Shown: positions 47,462 to 58,492 of the stretch, in pieces
Layout of the letters: every line of letters begins with the position of its first letter
Numbering within the stretch: position 1 is the stretch's first letter
Source of the DNA: a bacterium
GTDB taxonomy: Bacteria; Zhuqueibacterota; Zhuqueibacteria; Residuimicrobiales; Krinioviventaceae
Assembly: GCA_963674595.2 (NCBI GenBank)
Contig: CAXXFV010000008.1
Location: 160,001-224,000 of the forward strand
DNA length: 64,000 nt
Direction: 5' to 3'
Notes under the pieces: generated by a model
The model's input: only the letters and a program-made list of their open reading frames with translations
Told to the model about the DNA's origin: nothing
Databases searched by the model: none
Translations under genes and position numbers: made by a program

Positions 47462-48133
47462 CTAGATTCTTTTATTTGCCTGGGATATTATATTGTCAAC
47501 CAACTCTGCCTGTTCTGAAGATAATTTATTTTCTTGCAGTTGTTCCGCATATTGCGCAACCAATGCCAGAGCTTCACGCTGTTCAACCAGCAATTGTTCA
47601 CTCTCTTTTTCAAATTGTAACAAATAATCGATTTGCTGATCAATAATACGAATTCGTTCCTCAAATTGGGCATCGTTTTTCAAATCGGCCAGTTGTAATA
47701 TTTGATTTTGAATTGTTTTATAGGCCTGGATTATTTTTTGTGGATTGATAAACGCGCGATATTCGATGAGCCGCTTGACCTTTTCGATCAGATATTCAAC
47801 TGAAAATGGTTTTAATAAATAATCAAATGCTCCCAGTTTCAGGGCTTCAATAGCGGATTCAACAGTAGCAAATCCTGTCATTACCATCATTTCCGTACTG
47901 GGAGAGTTTTCCTTAATATGTTTCAAGATCGCCATACCGCCTTCTTTTTCATTATCTTGATGCGGCATGTTTTTATCGGTAATAACAAGATCGAATTCTT
48001 TGTTTTCTATCGCTTCAATCGCAGTTAATACACTGTTAGCTGTACTTATTTCGCAGGGTAATTGATCCAGTGATGCAACAATAACATCACGGATAGAATC
48101 ATCATCATCAACAACCAAAATTTTAAAGTCCAC
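47462..48133 (-). CDS. Response regulator (REC domain plus helical C-terminus)
   Basis: ILVVDDD, LVITDKNMP, VMTGFAT, GAFDYLLKPF. Confidence 0.9.
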   Translation of the reverse strand: MDFKILVVDDDDSIRDVIVASLDQLPCEISTANSVLTAIEAIENKEFDLVITDKNMPHQDNEKEGGMAILKHIKENSPSTEMMVMTGFATVESAIEALKLGAFDYLLKPFSVEYLIEKVKRLIEYRAFINPQKIIQAYKTIQNQILQLADLKNDAQFEERIRIIDQQIDYLLQFEKESEQLLVEQREALALVAQYAEQLQENKLSSEQAELVDNIISQANKRI

Positions 48134-48186
48134 TTTAAGCTCCTTTTTAAATCGAAATGATGTGACCGGATGATTTGCTTATATTG

Positions 48187-48215
48187 AAAATAATGAAGCA
48201 AATGTTACAAGTCAA
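48187..48215 (-). promoter_or_regulatory. Candidate sigma70 promoter for the response regulator
   Basis: TTGACT-N17-TATTTT. Confidence 0.4.
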
Positions 48216-48251
48216 TTTATTTTTTACATATTTTTGATTTTAAAGAAAATC

Positions 48252-49044
48252 CTAAGAAATTTTTTTTAAAACTGGTTGAAAAAGTAAAATCCAAACTACA
48301 GAACCGGAAAAAGAAACAAGCGTTCCGGGAAAAATATTCATTTTAGGATAGGTTAATAATATTAACATACTAAAGATAACAATACTTCCCGAAGAAATTA
48401 TCATGATCTTTCCAACAGCCTGAGCAAAGGAGGGACCCTGGCTGGTACTTAGAATTAACATTGTTGACAGCATAACAGCCGGAAAAGTGGAAAAGATACC
48501 GGTCCAAAACGGACTGCAAAAAAAAGATAACGTAACTGTTCCGGCAACAATACTTCCGGCAAAAATTGCTCTGTAAATAATTTGAATATAGTTGAAAGGT
48601 TTTTTTTTGTTTTTGGATGGATGGTATTTTGATGATTTTTTCCAAAACATAAAAAATCAAGATTGTAAAGACAATATAAGTTATAATTCCCAAACCGATC
48701 GGTGTTGACTGCAAATATTTTATTGTTAAGGTGGCTAATACCAGCCAGCTTAAAAGTGATAAAAATAATCCGGTGATAATATTTTTATATAATCCCAGAA
48801 TATAGGCAAACAGAAAAAAAGCGTCGATAGTCATTCCCAGGGGTACAGAAAGAGCGGCTTTTATCGTATATTGTTTACCCTGTGTCAGGGCAACAAAAAT
48901 AAATGCTATCAGAATATTTGATGGTAAATTTGCAATTAATCCGCCTATTTTACTGCCGAATTTTTCTGCTAAAAGTGTTGCAAATGAAATCCAAAGACCG
49001 GCTATAAAAAACGATAAAATAATTTTTATAATAAAAGGATCCAT
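48252..49044 (-). CDS. DUF3147-like membrane protein with two repeated halves; +1 frameshift at the T run 48600-48608
   Basis: N-half AEKFGSKIGGLIANLPS; C-half in another frame (YRAIFAGSIV...WTGIFSTFPA), joined at QKK|PFNYIQ. Confidence 0.75.
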
Positions 49045-50093
49045 TAATTTTGATCTTTATTTTCCGGCGGCTGATAGTCAAACGGTAAAAGGTCGGCAAT
49101 CCGGGCTTCTGTCCAGTAGCCGTATTTTGTGAAAGCAGAAGGGGTGTGCAGGTACCCCAAAGAATCAAAAAGTGCATATTCTGCGTTAAGTCGTAACCAC
49201 GAAGAATCTTTAACCCGTTTTTTATAAACAACTCTTATATAATGAGGAAATTGTAATTTTTTTAATCCATTTGGTGCATCTTTAACAAATTTAAAAATAT
49301 CGAATAAAAATACATTCTTTATTGAACTTTCCGTGTTTTTTTCCATATAGGTTTGGAAAAATTCCGTATTTAGTTTATTTTGGGCCAGAGCTGAAAGATA
49401 ATGGCGTAAAGAACCTTGATATGTTTCAAGTCGCCTTTGTTCCCATGTGTTTGCTTCGGATGGTGATTGTGGCGTCAACTTTTCAAATCGTGGTATAATT
49501 AAATATTGTCCTGTTGAATATTGCGTCCATTCAAAAAATTCCAGGATAATATGCAAACGATAACCGAGTGCATAATTTTCAATAATGAGTACGCTGTCGG
49601 TTGTCGCTTTGAATTTTTTAGTCTCTTCATCAGTCGTAAAATCGAGCACTTCAGGATTTTTAATAATACATAAATTACTGTTGGGTGTTTTTCCCAAAAA
49701 TTCAAGTTTGAACCGTTCCAGGTCTTTACGCCATTCTGTCGGTTCTTTGGCTTCTACTTGTATTGTTTCGCCTTTAAGCACAATTGGTTTAAGCGGAATT
49801 TTTAAATCTTTTACGCTTGAATTTTCGATTTTAATATGACCATTATAAATTTCATAGCCTATATGATGTGCAATTAATTGATAGCTGCCGGGTGGGACTT
49901 TTTCCATTATAAAATAGCCGTCCATACCGGATGCCGCCCCTATTGTTGTGTTTGCTAAAAATACATTTACATTAAAGACAGGTTCTTTGGTCTTCTGATC
50001 ATAAACATGGCCTGAAATGGTTTTATTATTTTGAGCCCCGACAAGTGAATAAGATAGTAGTAGAAAAAGAACGAAACAGACTTTCGTTTTCAT
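49044..50093 (-). CDS. Secreted carboxypeptidase regulatory-like (CarboxypepD_reg) domain protein
   Basis: Signal peptide; ISGHVYDQKTKEPVFNVNVFLANTTIG...GYF...HIGYE; C-terminal RIADLLPFDY. Confidence 0.82.
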   Translation of the reverse strand: MKTKVCFVLFLLLSYSLVGAQNNKTISGHVYDQKTKEPVFNVNVFLANTTIGAASGMDGYFIMEKVPPGSYQLIAHHIGYEIYNGHIKIENSSVKDLKIPLKPIVLKGETIQVEAKEPTEWRKDLERFKLEFLGKTPNSNLCIIKNPEVLDFTTDEETKKFKATTDSVLIIENYALGYRLHIILEFFEWTQYSTGQYLIIPRFEKLTPQSPSEANTWEQRRLETYQGSLRHYLSALAQNKLNTEFFQTYMEKNTESSIKNVFLFDIFKFVKDAPNGLKKLQFPHYIRVVYKKRVKDSSWLRLNAEYALFDSLGYLHTPSAFTKYGYWTEARIADLLPFDYQPPENKDQN

Positions 50094-50137
50094 GAAAAGC
50101 TCCCTGGTTTATTGTAGTTCAATCGACTGTCATTAAT

Positions 50138-50167
50138 TAAGACGTATGAGTGAACGAATTCCCTACA
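50138..50167 (-). promoter_or_regulatory. Possible ECF sigma promoter upstream of the CarboxypepD_reg gene
   Basis: Minus strand TGTAGGGAAT...CGTCTTA; the CGTC -10 element is ECF-like. Confidence 0.3.
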
Positions 50168-50411
50168 GAACGCTGCAGATTATCAGATAAAATGGTAAAA
50201 TATATGAGCCTGGGAATCTTTGTATAGTAATTTTTTTATTACGGTAATAACATAAAGATTTTTAAAGACTTTTTCAAATTCTAATTATTCCCATTAGTTT
50301 TTGAAGGAGATAACAGATGATAAAAAAATAATTCCATTTTTACAAGCAAAAAGAGATTTTTTTTCTTATCTTATACCTGATCATTTAATGAACCTGAAAG
50401 GAATAAATACC

Positions 50412-51938
50412 ATGAAAAATTACTTTTTCCATCTGTTAATCGTCCTTTTTGCTATCTTTTCTTTTACCTGTACTAAAAATCAAAAACCTCAGCAGACATT
50501 GATCATCACGAGTGATTTTGGCAGTGTCAGACGGTGTTCAACATTAAAAGAGTTACAAAATGTTATTAATACAATGTCCTCGGCAAAACCGGATATTATG
50601 ACCCTGGATGCGGCTGCACCTGATCTTGTTAATTTTCATAATTCAGTTGGATTGTTTATTAAGGGAAGCCCGTTTGATGCGCTATTCGAACAAGGTTATG
50701 ATCCCTATGGTATTATGGTTGATTCCCTGCGCAAACGGGATATTAAAGTGTTGGCTAATATCCGCATGAATGATCATCATGGCAAGGTGGTTTATTGGAC
50801 ACCCTGGGAACGTGAACATGTTCAATGGTCCCTGGGTAAAGATACAGGAGCAAGAGACTGGAAGGCGATTGGCCGGCTCAGACACATGGATTATGCTATT
50901 CAGGGTGTTCGGGATTACCGGTTTTCAATTTTAAAAGAAATCGTTGGACGATATAATGTTGACGGATTGCAGCTCGATTTTGGCAGAACAGTTCCTTTCC
51001 TGTCGGAACCGAAAAAAGAAAATGCCAAATTTTTAACGGCTTATCTTGAGAGAATTCGCACGTTGTTGGACGATACGGCACAAAAGAACAACAGCACCAG
51101 AAAACTTTTAGGTGTTCTCGTTCCATGGGATTATCAATTTTGTGCAAATGAAGGCCTGGATGTTAAAACATGGGTTGATCAGGGACTCGTTGACTATATT
51201 TCTCCCGGTGAGTGGTATTATGCAGATTGGAACATTCCTTTAAAAGAGTGGAAAAATTTGACGGACGGAACAAACTGTGCGTTATATCCTTTTACACCGG
51301 GAAATGTTTCACCTCAATGGGATTTTGAATGTGGTGAACCATCGTTATTAGGCAATAATTATGTTTTAACTCCGGAAAAAATCAGGGCCATAGCTGATAA
51401 TTTTATGAACCAGCAGCCGGATGGTTTTGCTTTTTATAATTTTTATACATTTGATTATGGTGAGTATTATCCACATCTGCGCGAATGGACAAACCCTCAA
51501 AAGAATTCATCGTTGAAAAAACATTATTTTAATTGTCGAAAAATGATGTATCACGCTAATGAACGGCAAGCTTTTGATGAAGGTATCGCTTTTGAGAGAG
51601 AAAAATTGCATAATGCCGGAGATTCGGCAAGATTTATTTTCAGGTATGCCTCCCCAATAGGCAAAAATAAAATTGAATTGAAGATGATTTTTAAAAATAT
51701 GAAAAGTAGTGATAAAATGGACATTCGTTTAAATAATAACGAACTTGTAAACGGAAAGTGGCAGGAACAACAGGTTCTTTATAAAGACAATGAAATAACT
51801 GCCATGTTGTTTCAGTGTGAATTGACGGAAAAAGAGTTGTCTTTTGGAGAAAACAATATTGTTGTCACACTTCAGTCCGAACCTGACAACACGATTGAAG
51901 CTGGTGAATTTGAAATTTGGGTTACCCCTGAATCCTGA
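50412..51938 (+). CDS. Glycoside hydrolase-like TIM-barrel lipoprotein (GHL10/DUF187-like)
   Basis: Start at ATG 50412 (MKNYFF) with lipobox SFTC; VLANIRMNDHH, DYAIQGVRDY, RYNVDGLQLDF, GLDVKTWVDQGLVDYI. Confidence 0.7.
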   Translation: MKNYFFHLLIVLFAIFSFTCTKNQKPQQTLIITSDFGSVRRCSTLKELQNVINTMSSAKPDIMTLDAAAPDLVNFHNSVGLFIKGSPFDALFEQGYDPYGIMVDSLRKRDIKVLANIRMNDHHGKVVYWTPWEREHVQWSLGKDTGARDWKAIGRLRHMDYAIQGVRDYRFSILKEIVGRYNVDGLQLDFGRTVPFLSEPKKENAKFLTAYLERIRTLLDDTAQKNNSTRKLLGVLVPWDYQFCANEGLDVKTWVDQGLVDYISPGEWYYADWNIPLKEWKNLTDGTNCALYPFTPGNVSPQWDFECGEPSLLGNNYVLTPEKIRAIADNFMNQQPDGFAFYNFYTFDYGEYYPHLREWTNPQKNSSLKKHYFNCRKMMYHANERQAFDEGIAFEREKLHNAGDSARFIFRYASPIGKNKIELKMIFKNMKSSDKMDIRLNNNELVNGKWQEQQVLYKDNEITAMLFQCELTEKELSFGENNIVVTLQSEPDNTIEAGEFEIWVTPES

Positions 51939-51950
51939 TCTGATTTGAAT

Positions 51951-51986
51951 AAAAAAGCCTGTATGAAAAACATACAGGCTTTTTTT
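51951..51986. terminator. Bidirectional rho-independent terminator between convergent genes
   Basis: AAAAAAGCCTGTATG-AAAAA-CATACAGGCTTTTTT perfect inverted repeat with A and T tails. Confidence 0.88.
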
Positions 51987-51999
51987 ATAATGATATTAT

Positions 52000-53100
52000 C
52001 TATCGATCAACACGGGCTCCGCCGCCGCCCATGATTTTTTCTACTTCTTTAACAGTTGCCATGGATGTGTCTCCCGGCGTTGTCATGGCCAGCGCACCGT
52101 GTGCCGCACCATAGTTAACGGCCCGTTCCGGATCACCGGTTGTCATGAATCCGTAAATTAAACCGGATGCAAAACTATCTCCGCCGCCGACGCGGTCGTA
52201 AATTTCCAGTGCCGGTCTATGAATCGCTTCATAAAATTTTCCGTCAGCCCAGCAAATAGCACCCCAGTCATTGACGGTTGCTGTTTTTACACCGCGAAGG
52301 GTGGTTGCTGTGGCTTTAAAATTTGGATAGGATTTTACGGCTTTTTCAATCATTTTTTGAAATTTACCGACATCAAGTGATGAAAGGTTTTCATCAACAC
52401 CTTCGACCTCGAATCCCAAACATGCTGTAAAATCTTCTTCATTGCCGATCATTACATCAACATATTGCGCCAGACGTTTATTAACTTCCTGGGCTTTTTC
52501 CTGTCCGCCGATTGATTTCCATAAGGATGGACGGTAGTTTAGATCATAGGAAATAATGGTGCCGTGTTTTTTAGCTGCTGCCATGGCTTCTTCAATAACA
52601 CCGGTTGTTGTTTCGGATAATGCGGCATATATTCCACCGGTATGGAACCAGCGAACGCCCAGTTCACCGAAAATATATTCCCAATCAATATCGCCTTTTT
52701 TAAGCTGGGATGCTGCCGTATTACCACGGTCGGAAACGCCCAATGCACCGCGAATGCCAAAACCTTTTTCCGTAAAATTGAAACCGTTTCTAACGGTTCT
52801 GCCGATACCATCATAGGGCATCCATTTAATCAGGGAAACATCAACACCGCCCTGTAAAATAAAATCTTCAACAAGGCGACCAATATCATTATCGGCAAAA
52901 GCGGTTACAACGGCGGCTCGCATACCAAAACACTTGCGTAATCCACGTGCAACATTATATTCACCACCGCCTTCCCAAACACGGAACTGGCGGGTTGTAC
53001 GGATTCTGCCGTCACCGGGATCAAAACGAAGCATGATTTCTCCCAGGGATAGGATATCATATTTGCATGTTTCGGCAGGTTTTATATTTAAAACTGACAT
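52000..53100 (-). CDS. kdgK: 2-keto-3-deoxygluconate kinase (PfkB family)
   Basis: LGEIMLRFDPG, GGGEYNVA, SYDLNYRPSLW, DRVGGGDSFASG; cotranscribed with eda. Confidence 0.88.
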   Translation of the reverse strand: MSVLNIKPAETCKYDILSLGEIMLRFDPGDGRIRTTRQFRVWEGGGEYNVARGLRKCFGMRAAVVTAFADNDIGRLVEDFILQGGVDVSLIKWMPYDGIGRTVRNGFNFTEKGFGIRGALGVSDRGNTAASQLKKGDIDWEYIFGELGVRWFHTGGIYAALSETTTGVIEEAMAAAKKHGTIISYDLNYRPSLWKSIGGQEKAQEVNKRLAQYVDVMIGNEEDFTACLGFEVEGVDENLSSLDVGKFQKMIEKAVKSYPNFKATATTLRGVKTATVNDWGAICWADGKFYEAIHRPALEIYDRVGGGDSFASGLIYGFMTTGDPERAVNYGAAHGALAMTTPGDTSMATVKEVEKIMGGGGARVDR

Positions 53101-53120
53101 CTTCTTTGCTCCTGTTATTC

Positions 53121-53750
53121 TTAAATTTGTTTACTCAATTCTACTGCTTGTTTTGTCAAATCTTTAATTTCATCAAATTTTCCTTCGGAAATCAAATCGG
53201 ATTTTACCATCCAGCTTCCGCCGCAGGCCAGGACTTTGGGGAATCTTAGATAATCGAGCAGGTTTGCTGCTGAAATACCGCCTGTTGGAATGAATTTTAT
53301 CATTCCATAGGGTGCGCTCATTGCTTTTAATGTTTCAAGTCCGCCAAATGCTTCGGCCGGAAAAAATTTAACGACCTGCAAATCAAAATCAAGCGCCATT
53401 TCTATGTCTGTCGGATTGCTTATACCCGGTGTAATCGGAATATTATTTTCAACACAATATTGGACAACATTGGGATTAAAACCGGGCGAAACGATAAATT
53501 GGGCGCCGGCTTCCACGGCTTGTTTTGCCTGGTCTATTTTTAATACGGTTCCGGCACCAACCAAAACGTCGCCACGTTTGGCTGTGGTTTTTATGGCCTG
53601 ATATGCAGCAGATGTACGGAAGGTGATTTCGGCACAGGGGAGGCCGCCTTCTACCAGCGCTTCGGCCAGAGGAGCGGCGTCTTTTGCATCATTTATGGCA
53701 ACGACCGGAATAATTCGAAGGTTGTTAAGCTGTTGCAAAACAGAATTCAT
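53121..53750 (-). CDS. eda: KDPG/KHG aldolase
   Basis: AEITFRT, VGAGTV, FIVSPG, KFFPAEAFGG, FIPTGGI, CGGSW. Confidence 0.94.
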   Translation of the reverse strand: MNSVLQQLNNLRIIPVVAINDAKDAAPLAEALVEGGLPCAEITFRTSAAYQAIKTTAKRGDVLVGAGTVLKIDQAKQAVEAGAQFIVSPGFNPNVVQYCVENNIPITPGISNPTDIEMALDFDLQVVKFFPAEAFGGLETLKAMSAPYGMIKFIPTGGISAANLLDYLRFPKVLACGGSWMVKSDLISEGKFDEIKDLTKQAVELSKQI

Positions 53751-53865
53751 GAAAATTCTCCTTTATATGGTAAATTATAATTCAATCAGGTTTTGTGTAT
53801 CGGTGTAAATCCTGATGATCAAATGTAGAATAGTTTGGGAAATAAACAAATAATTTTTTTTACAA

Positions 53866-53903
53866 GAAAAGGCACATCTATTTCCAAAATGATGTGCCTT
53901 TTC
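53866..53903 (-). terminator. Terminator ending the icd-lutABC-acnA-ldh2 operon
   Basis: 13-bp inverted repeat GAAAAGGCACATC / GATGTGCCTTTTC, about 26 bp past the Ldh_2 stop. Confidence 0.7.
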
Positions 53904-53929
53904 GTTTTGATTTTTATTTTAAGCTGGTA

Positions 53930-55018
53930 TTACATATCAAAAACAACGTTTCGTGCTGTACCAATTTCTTTTAATGTATCATAAACTTTTTCCTGCAGAG
54001 GTACACCATTTTGAAGATGTTGTTCGTATTTTTCATACTCTTTTTCACCGTGAATATAAATACGCTCTTTACCTTCTGCTTTTGAAGAATTTTTCAGTCT
54101 GTTGATCAGGTCATCCATTTTGTCTTTAAAAATATTGATGTCAACAAAGTTTTCAATTTTTAAAGCCATGAAAAAGTGGCTGACATTTGCCGGGGCCGGT
54201 TTGCCGTCTACTTTGCTGTTGACGATATTGGCATAAGCGCCTCCGGACAATACTCCACAAAGAATATCTACAAGAACAGCCATTCCATAACCCTTGTAAC
54301 CGCTGAACAATTCACCTTCACCGCCAAGTGTCAGAATACCACCGCCTGCGCGTGATAGCATGTTTTGCAAAACTTCGCTGGCGCTTGTGGTTACCTTGCC
54401 TTCGGCATTAACGGCCCAACCTTCGGGCATGGCTTTATCTTCACGATTATAAACTTCCAGTTTTCCTCTTGGAACAACCGATGTTGCCATATCCATGAAA
54501 AAGGGTTTGTTGCTGTTTGTCGGCGCTGTTAAACTGATCGGATTTGTGCCGATGATCATCTCTTTTCCAAAGGTTGGTACTACCAACGGGGCAGAGTTGG
54601 TCATGGAAATTCCCAACATGCCTTCTTTCAAGATCATTTCAGCATAGTAACCGGCAATTCCATAATGATTGCTGTTTCTGACTGTTACAACACCAACACC
54701 TGTATTTTTTGCTTTTTCAATTGCTTTGAGCGTGGAAAAATGAGCAACAACCTGTCCCAGACCGGCATTGCCGTCTACCGTAGCTGTTGAAGGTGAATCC
54801 ATCACGATAGTCGGTTTTTTGTCAGGGAAAATAACTCCCGTATCCATTCCATCAACGTAGCGTTTCAGTCTTGCAACACCATGAGAAGGAATGCCGCGCA
54901 TATCGGCTGCCAGCAGATTGTCAGCACAAATGTGAGCATCTTTATCTTCAAGTCCATAACTTTTAAAGACTTTTTCCGTAAAGGAAAGTAATTTTTGATG
55001 GTTTACAATAATAGCCAT
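53930..55018 (-). CDS. Ldh_2 family (type-2 malate/L-lactate, ComC-like) NAD(P)-dependent oxidoreductase
   Basis: RGIPSHGVARL, VRNSNHYGIAGYY, GTNPIS, DMATSVV, YKGYGMA. Confidence 0.9.
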   Translation of the reverse strand: MAIIVNHQKLLSFTEKVFKSYGLEDKDAHICADNLLAADMRGIPSHGVARLKRYVDGMDTGVIFPDKKPTIVMDSPSTATVDGNAGLGQVVAHFSTLKAIEKAKNTGVGVVTVRNSNHYGIAGYYAEMILKEGMLGISMTNSAPLVVPTFGKEMIIGTNPISLTAPTNSNKPFFMDMATSVVPRGKLEVYNREDKAMPEGWAVNAEGKVTTSASEVLQNMLSRAGGGILTLGGEGELFSGYKGYGMAVLVDILCGVLSGGAYANIVNSKVDGKPAPANVSHFFMALKIENFVDINIFKDKMDDLINRLKNSSKAEGKERIYIHGEKEYEKYEQHLQNGVPLQEKVYDTLKEIGTARNVVFDM

Positions 55019-55028
55019 TTTATCCTCA

Positions 55029-57746
55029 TTATTTTGTTTTCAAGAGGTCCCGCAAAACCGTTTGCAGAATGCCTCCATTTCTGTAATATTGAATTTCAAT
55101 TGGTGTGTCGATTCGTGCGATAACAGAAAATGTTTGTGCTTTACCTGTTTCTGTTTGATATGTAACAGTAAGTTCCTGTCCTGGTTCAACATTATCCTGT
55201 ATATCAATTGTAAAAATTTCCTTTCCCGTCAATCCAAGAGACTGTGCTGATTGCCCTGGTTTGAACTGAAGGGGAAGGACGCCCATTCCGATAAGATTGG
55301 AGCGGTGAATACGTTCAAAACTTTCAGCTATAACAGCGTTTACACCTAAAAGGTTTGTACCTTTTGCCGCCCAGTCCCGTGAACTGCCGGTGCCATACTC
55401 TTTTCCTGCAAGAACAATCAACGGTGTTTTGTCGGCCTGGTATTTTTGAGCGGCATCATAAATCCACATTTGTTTGTTTTCCGGTAGAAAAGTAGTTACA
55501 CCGCCTTCGGTTCCCGGAGCAAGCAGGTTTTTCAAACGAATGTTGCCGAATGTTCCGCGCACCATTATCTGGTCATTTCCACGCCGTGAGCCAAAGGTGT
55601 TAAAATCTTTTTCTGCAATACCTTTTGATCTCAGGTAGGTTGCGGCCGGACTTTCAAGTGGAATAGCGCCGGCAGGAGAAATGTGATCGGTTGTTACTGA
55701 ATCACCCAACAGGGCCAAAACCCGTGCGTTTTCAATCGGCTGAATGGGGTCTGTTTCCATTTTTAAATCCGTAAAAAATGGGGGTTCCTGAATATAGGTA
55801 GAGTCTTCTTTCCAGTCGTACATGTCGCTTTCCACAACAGGAATTTTGTTCCATTCAGGATTAAAAGAGTTGACGTCCTGATACATCTTTTTATAGGTTT
55901 CCGGATCAGAAGCTGTTGACAAGAGTTGTTTAATTTCTTTCTGACTTGGCCAAATGTCGTTTAAAAATATTTTTTGACCGTCTTTGTTTACACCCAAAGG
56001 TTCGCTTTCCAAATTGATGTCGATTCTGCCTGCCAGGGCATAGGCAACAACGAGCTGGGGCGAGGCCAGGTAATTTGCCTTGGTCAATGGATTAACGCGT
56101 CCTTCAAAGTTTCGGTTTCCGCTGAGGATGGAAGCGGCGATAATATTACTTTCCTTAATGGCTTGGGAAACCGGTTCCGGAAGAGGACCGCTGTTTCCTA
56201 TACATGTGGCACATCCGTAGCCGACAGTATGAAATCCAAGCTGGTCGAGATAGTCTGAAAGACCTGATTTGTTTAAATATTCGGTAACAACACGCGAACC
56301 CGGGGCCAAACTTGTTTTAACAAATGCCGGTACTTTAAGCCCTTTTTCAACAGCTTTTTTTGCCAAAAGTCCTGCACCAATCAATACGGAGGGATTGCTT
56401 GTATTGGTACAACTGGTTATGGAAGCAATGACAAGTGAACCATTGTGCATCTCATTGGTTTCGTCATTCATGGTAACCGTTACGGTTTTGTCCAATTCGG
56501 AACCACTTAATTCAAAACCCCGTTGGGCTGCTGGTTCTGTTAGTGCTTTTTCAAACGTTTGTTTCATGTCCGGTAGCAGAATACGGTCCTGAGGACGTTT
56601 GGGACCTGCCAGGCTTGGCACCACGGTTGACATGTCCAGTTCAAGCGTATCGGTAAATTCCGGTTCTTGTGAATCATCGGTTCGGAACAAACCCTGTTCT
56701 TTGGTGTATTGTTCTACCAGTTGAACGGATTCGTTACTGCGTCCGGTTTGCCGCAGATAATTGAGAGATTCGCCATCGATCGGGAAAAATCCCATGGTCG
56801 CGCCGTATTCCGGTGACATGTTTGAAAGGGTGGCACGGTCCGGAAGGGTCAATTGACTGAGACCCGGACCGTAAAATTCAACAAATTTTCCGACAACGCC
56901 TTTTTGGCGAAGCATTTGTGTTACCGTTAGAACCAAATCGGTTGCTGTAGCGCCTTCGGGTAATTCGCCGGTCAGTCTAAATCCGATGACCTGCGGCATA
57001 AGCATATAAATCGGCTGACCCAGCATAACCGCTTCTGCTTCAATACCACCAACTCCCCAGCCTACAATACCCAAACCATTGATCATGGTTGTGTGAGAAT
57101 CTGTACCAACCAGACTGTCCGGATAGGCGATTGTGCTGCCGTTTTGTTCTGATAGAAAAACACCGCGTGCAAAATATTCCAGGTTAACCTGGTGAATGAT
57201 TCCCACTCCCGGCGGAATGACAGAGAATTTTTTAAATGCGTTTTGTCCCCATTTAAGAAATTCGTACCGTTCCCGGTTGCGGTAAAATTCAAATTCCATA
57301 TTGCGAAAGACGGCATCGTGCTGACCATAAACATCGATTTGTACGGAATGGTCAATAACCAGGTCTGAAGGAATGAGTGGTTCAATTTTTTTCGGATCTC
57401 CACCAAGTCTTTTCATTGCCGAGCGCATAGCTGCCAAATCGACCAGGGCCGGTACACCGGTAAAATCCTGCAACAGTACACGTGCCGGATGAAAAGGGAT
57501 TTCCACTGCTTTTTTTGCTGAGGGACTCCAGTTGGCTATATTATGTACATCTTTTTCCGTCACATCAAAGCCGTTACAGTTTCTGAGTACCGATTCCAGC
57601 AATACTTTGATGCTGAAAGGGAGCTTTGAGAGACTGGGAATTATATTATCTTTTTCCAGTTTTTCCAATTTATAATAATTTACTTTCCCTGAACTTGTAT
57701 TCATAGTTGACAAAGCGCCAAAGGGATTTGTCTCACGTTTTGACAT
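55029..57746 (-). CDS. acnA: Aconitate hydratase A
   Basis: [79 protein letters not shown]. Confidence 0.97.
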   Translation of the reverse strand: MSKRETNPFGALSTMNTSSGKVNYYKLEKLEKDNIIPSLSKLPFSIKVLLESVLRNCNGFDVTEKDVHNIANWSPSAKKAVEIPFHPARVLLQDFTGVPALVDLAAMRSAMKRLGGDPKKIEPLIPSDLVIDHSVQIDVYGQHDAVFRNMEFEFYRNRERYEFLKWGQNAFKKFSVIPPGVGIIHQVNLEYFARGVFLSEQNGSTIAYPDSLVGTDSHTTMINGLGIVGWGVGGIEAEAVMLGQPIYMLMPQVIGFRLTGELPEGATATDLVLTVTQMLRQKGVVGKFVEFYGPGLSQLTLPDRATLSNMSPEYGATMGFFPIDGESLNYLRQTGRSNESVQLVEQYTKEQGLFRTDDSQEPEFTDTLELDMSTVVPSLAGPKRPQDRILLPDMKQTFEKALTEPAAQRGFELSGSELDKTVTVTMNDETNEMHNGSLVIASITSCTNTSNPSVLIGAGLLAKKAVEKGLKVPAFVKTSLAPGSRVVTEYLNKSGLSDYLDQLGFHTVGYGCATCIGNSGPLPEPVSQAIKESNIIAASILSGNRNFEGRVNPLTKANYLASPQLVVAYALAGRIDINLESEPLGVNKDGQKIFLNDIWPSQKEIKQLLSTASDPETYKKMYQDVNSFNPEWNKIPVVESDMYDWKEDSTYIQEPPFFTDLKMETDPIQPIENARVLALLGDSVTTDHISPAGAIPLESPAATYLRSKGIAEKDFNTFGSRRGNDQIMVRGTFGNIRLKNLLAPGTEGGVTTFLPENKQMWIYDAAQKYQADKTPLIVLAGKEYGTGSSRDWAAKGTNLLGVNAVIAESFERIHRSNLIGMGVLPLQFKPGQSAQSLGLTGKEIFTIDIQDNVEPGQELTVTYQTETGKAQTFSVIARIDTPIEIQYYRNGGILQTVLRDLLKTK

Positions 57747-57781
57747 TTTCTTTCCTCTTGTGATTGAATGAGAGAATTGTG

Positions 57782-58462
57782 TTATTTTTCTTCTAAAATA
57801 TAAACGATCAATCTGCGTGGACCGTGCGCGCCCAGAATGAGTATTTTTTCAATGTCTGCGGTTCGGCTTGGTCCGGTAACAAGTACCATGTTTTTTGCTT
57901 TTTCTTTAGGAATCTTTTCAAAAAGCTCAAACAGGTTTGCTGTTATTTGGTCCGGTGTCAGCACAGCAAAAATAAAATCCGGTAAAAAATGGGGTAAAGA
58001 GCTTGGTGTGTCGTCAAAAATAACAGCTAATGAACTGATATCCGCAACAGCATAGGAAACATCAACAAGTCCCGCAGGAGTTTTTGCAATAGTTTGAATT
58101 TTTTCAGAATCTAATTTTGATGCATCTTTTATTTCAATATCAGATGTTTGGGCTTTTATCATCTGTGCAATTTCATTGGGCAGTTGTGAACCCGGAACGG
58201 CAATAGATGTGAAATTATTCTCTTTTAAAACAGAGTTAATCTGTTCAGTAATTTCATTTTTAGAATGACACACCATACATTCACCGGAAACGGTTTCGAG
58301 TTCTTTTTTAAACTGGTCCCGTAATTCCTGGTAATTAGCCGGTGTTATGTCGTGCAAAGCTAAAGCTATGTTTTGTTCTATACCGTCCGGTGTGTCCGGT
58401 AAATCGGATGGTGTTTTATGTGCCTTGCGTATTTGTTCTAAAATTGTCGTACGACTGTTCAT
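57782..58462 (-). CDS. lutC: LutC/LldG (YkgG) LUD-domain protein
   Basis: [25 protein letters not shown]. Confidence 0.9.
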   Translation of the reverse strand: MNSRTTILEQIRKAHKTPSDLPDTPDGIEQNIALALHDITPANYQELRDQFKKELETVSGECMVCHSKNEITEQINSVLKENNFTSIAVPGSQLPNEIAQMIKAQTSDIEIKDASKLDSEKIQTIAKTPAGLVDVSYAVADISSLAVIFDDTPSSLPHFLPDFIFAVLTPDQITANLFELFEKIPKEKAKNMVLVTGPSRTADIEKILILGAHGPRRLIVYILEEK

Positions 58463-58492
58463 TGCCGCTCCACAAATTATAAGAATAATTTA

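Noticed and set aside
50301-50411. N-terminal extension of the GH-like ORF from TTG 50301
   Set aside because: The lipoprotein signal peptide begins at ATG 50412, which has an AAAGGA RBS upstream.
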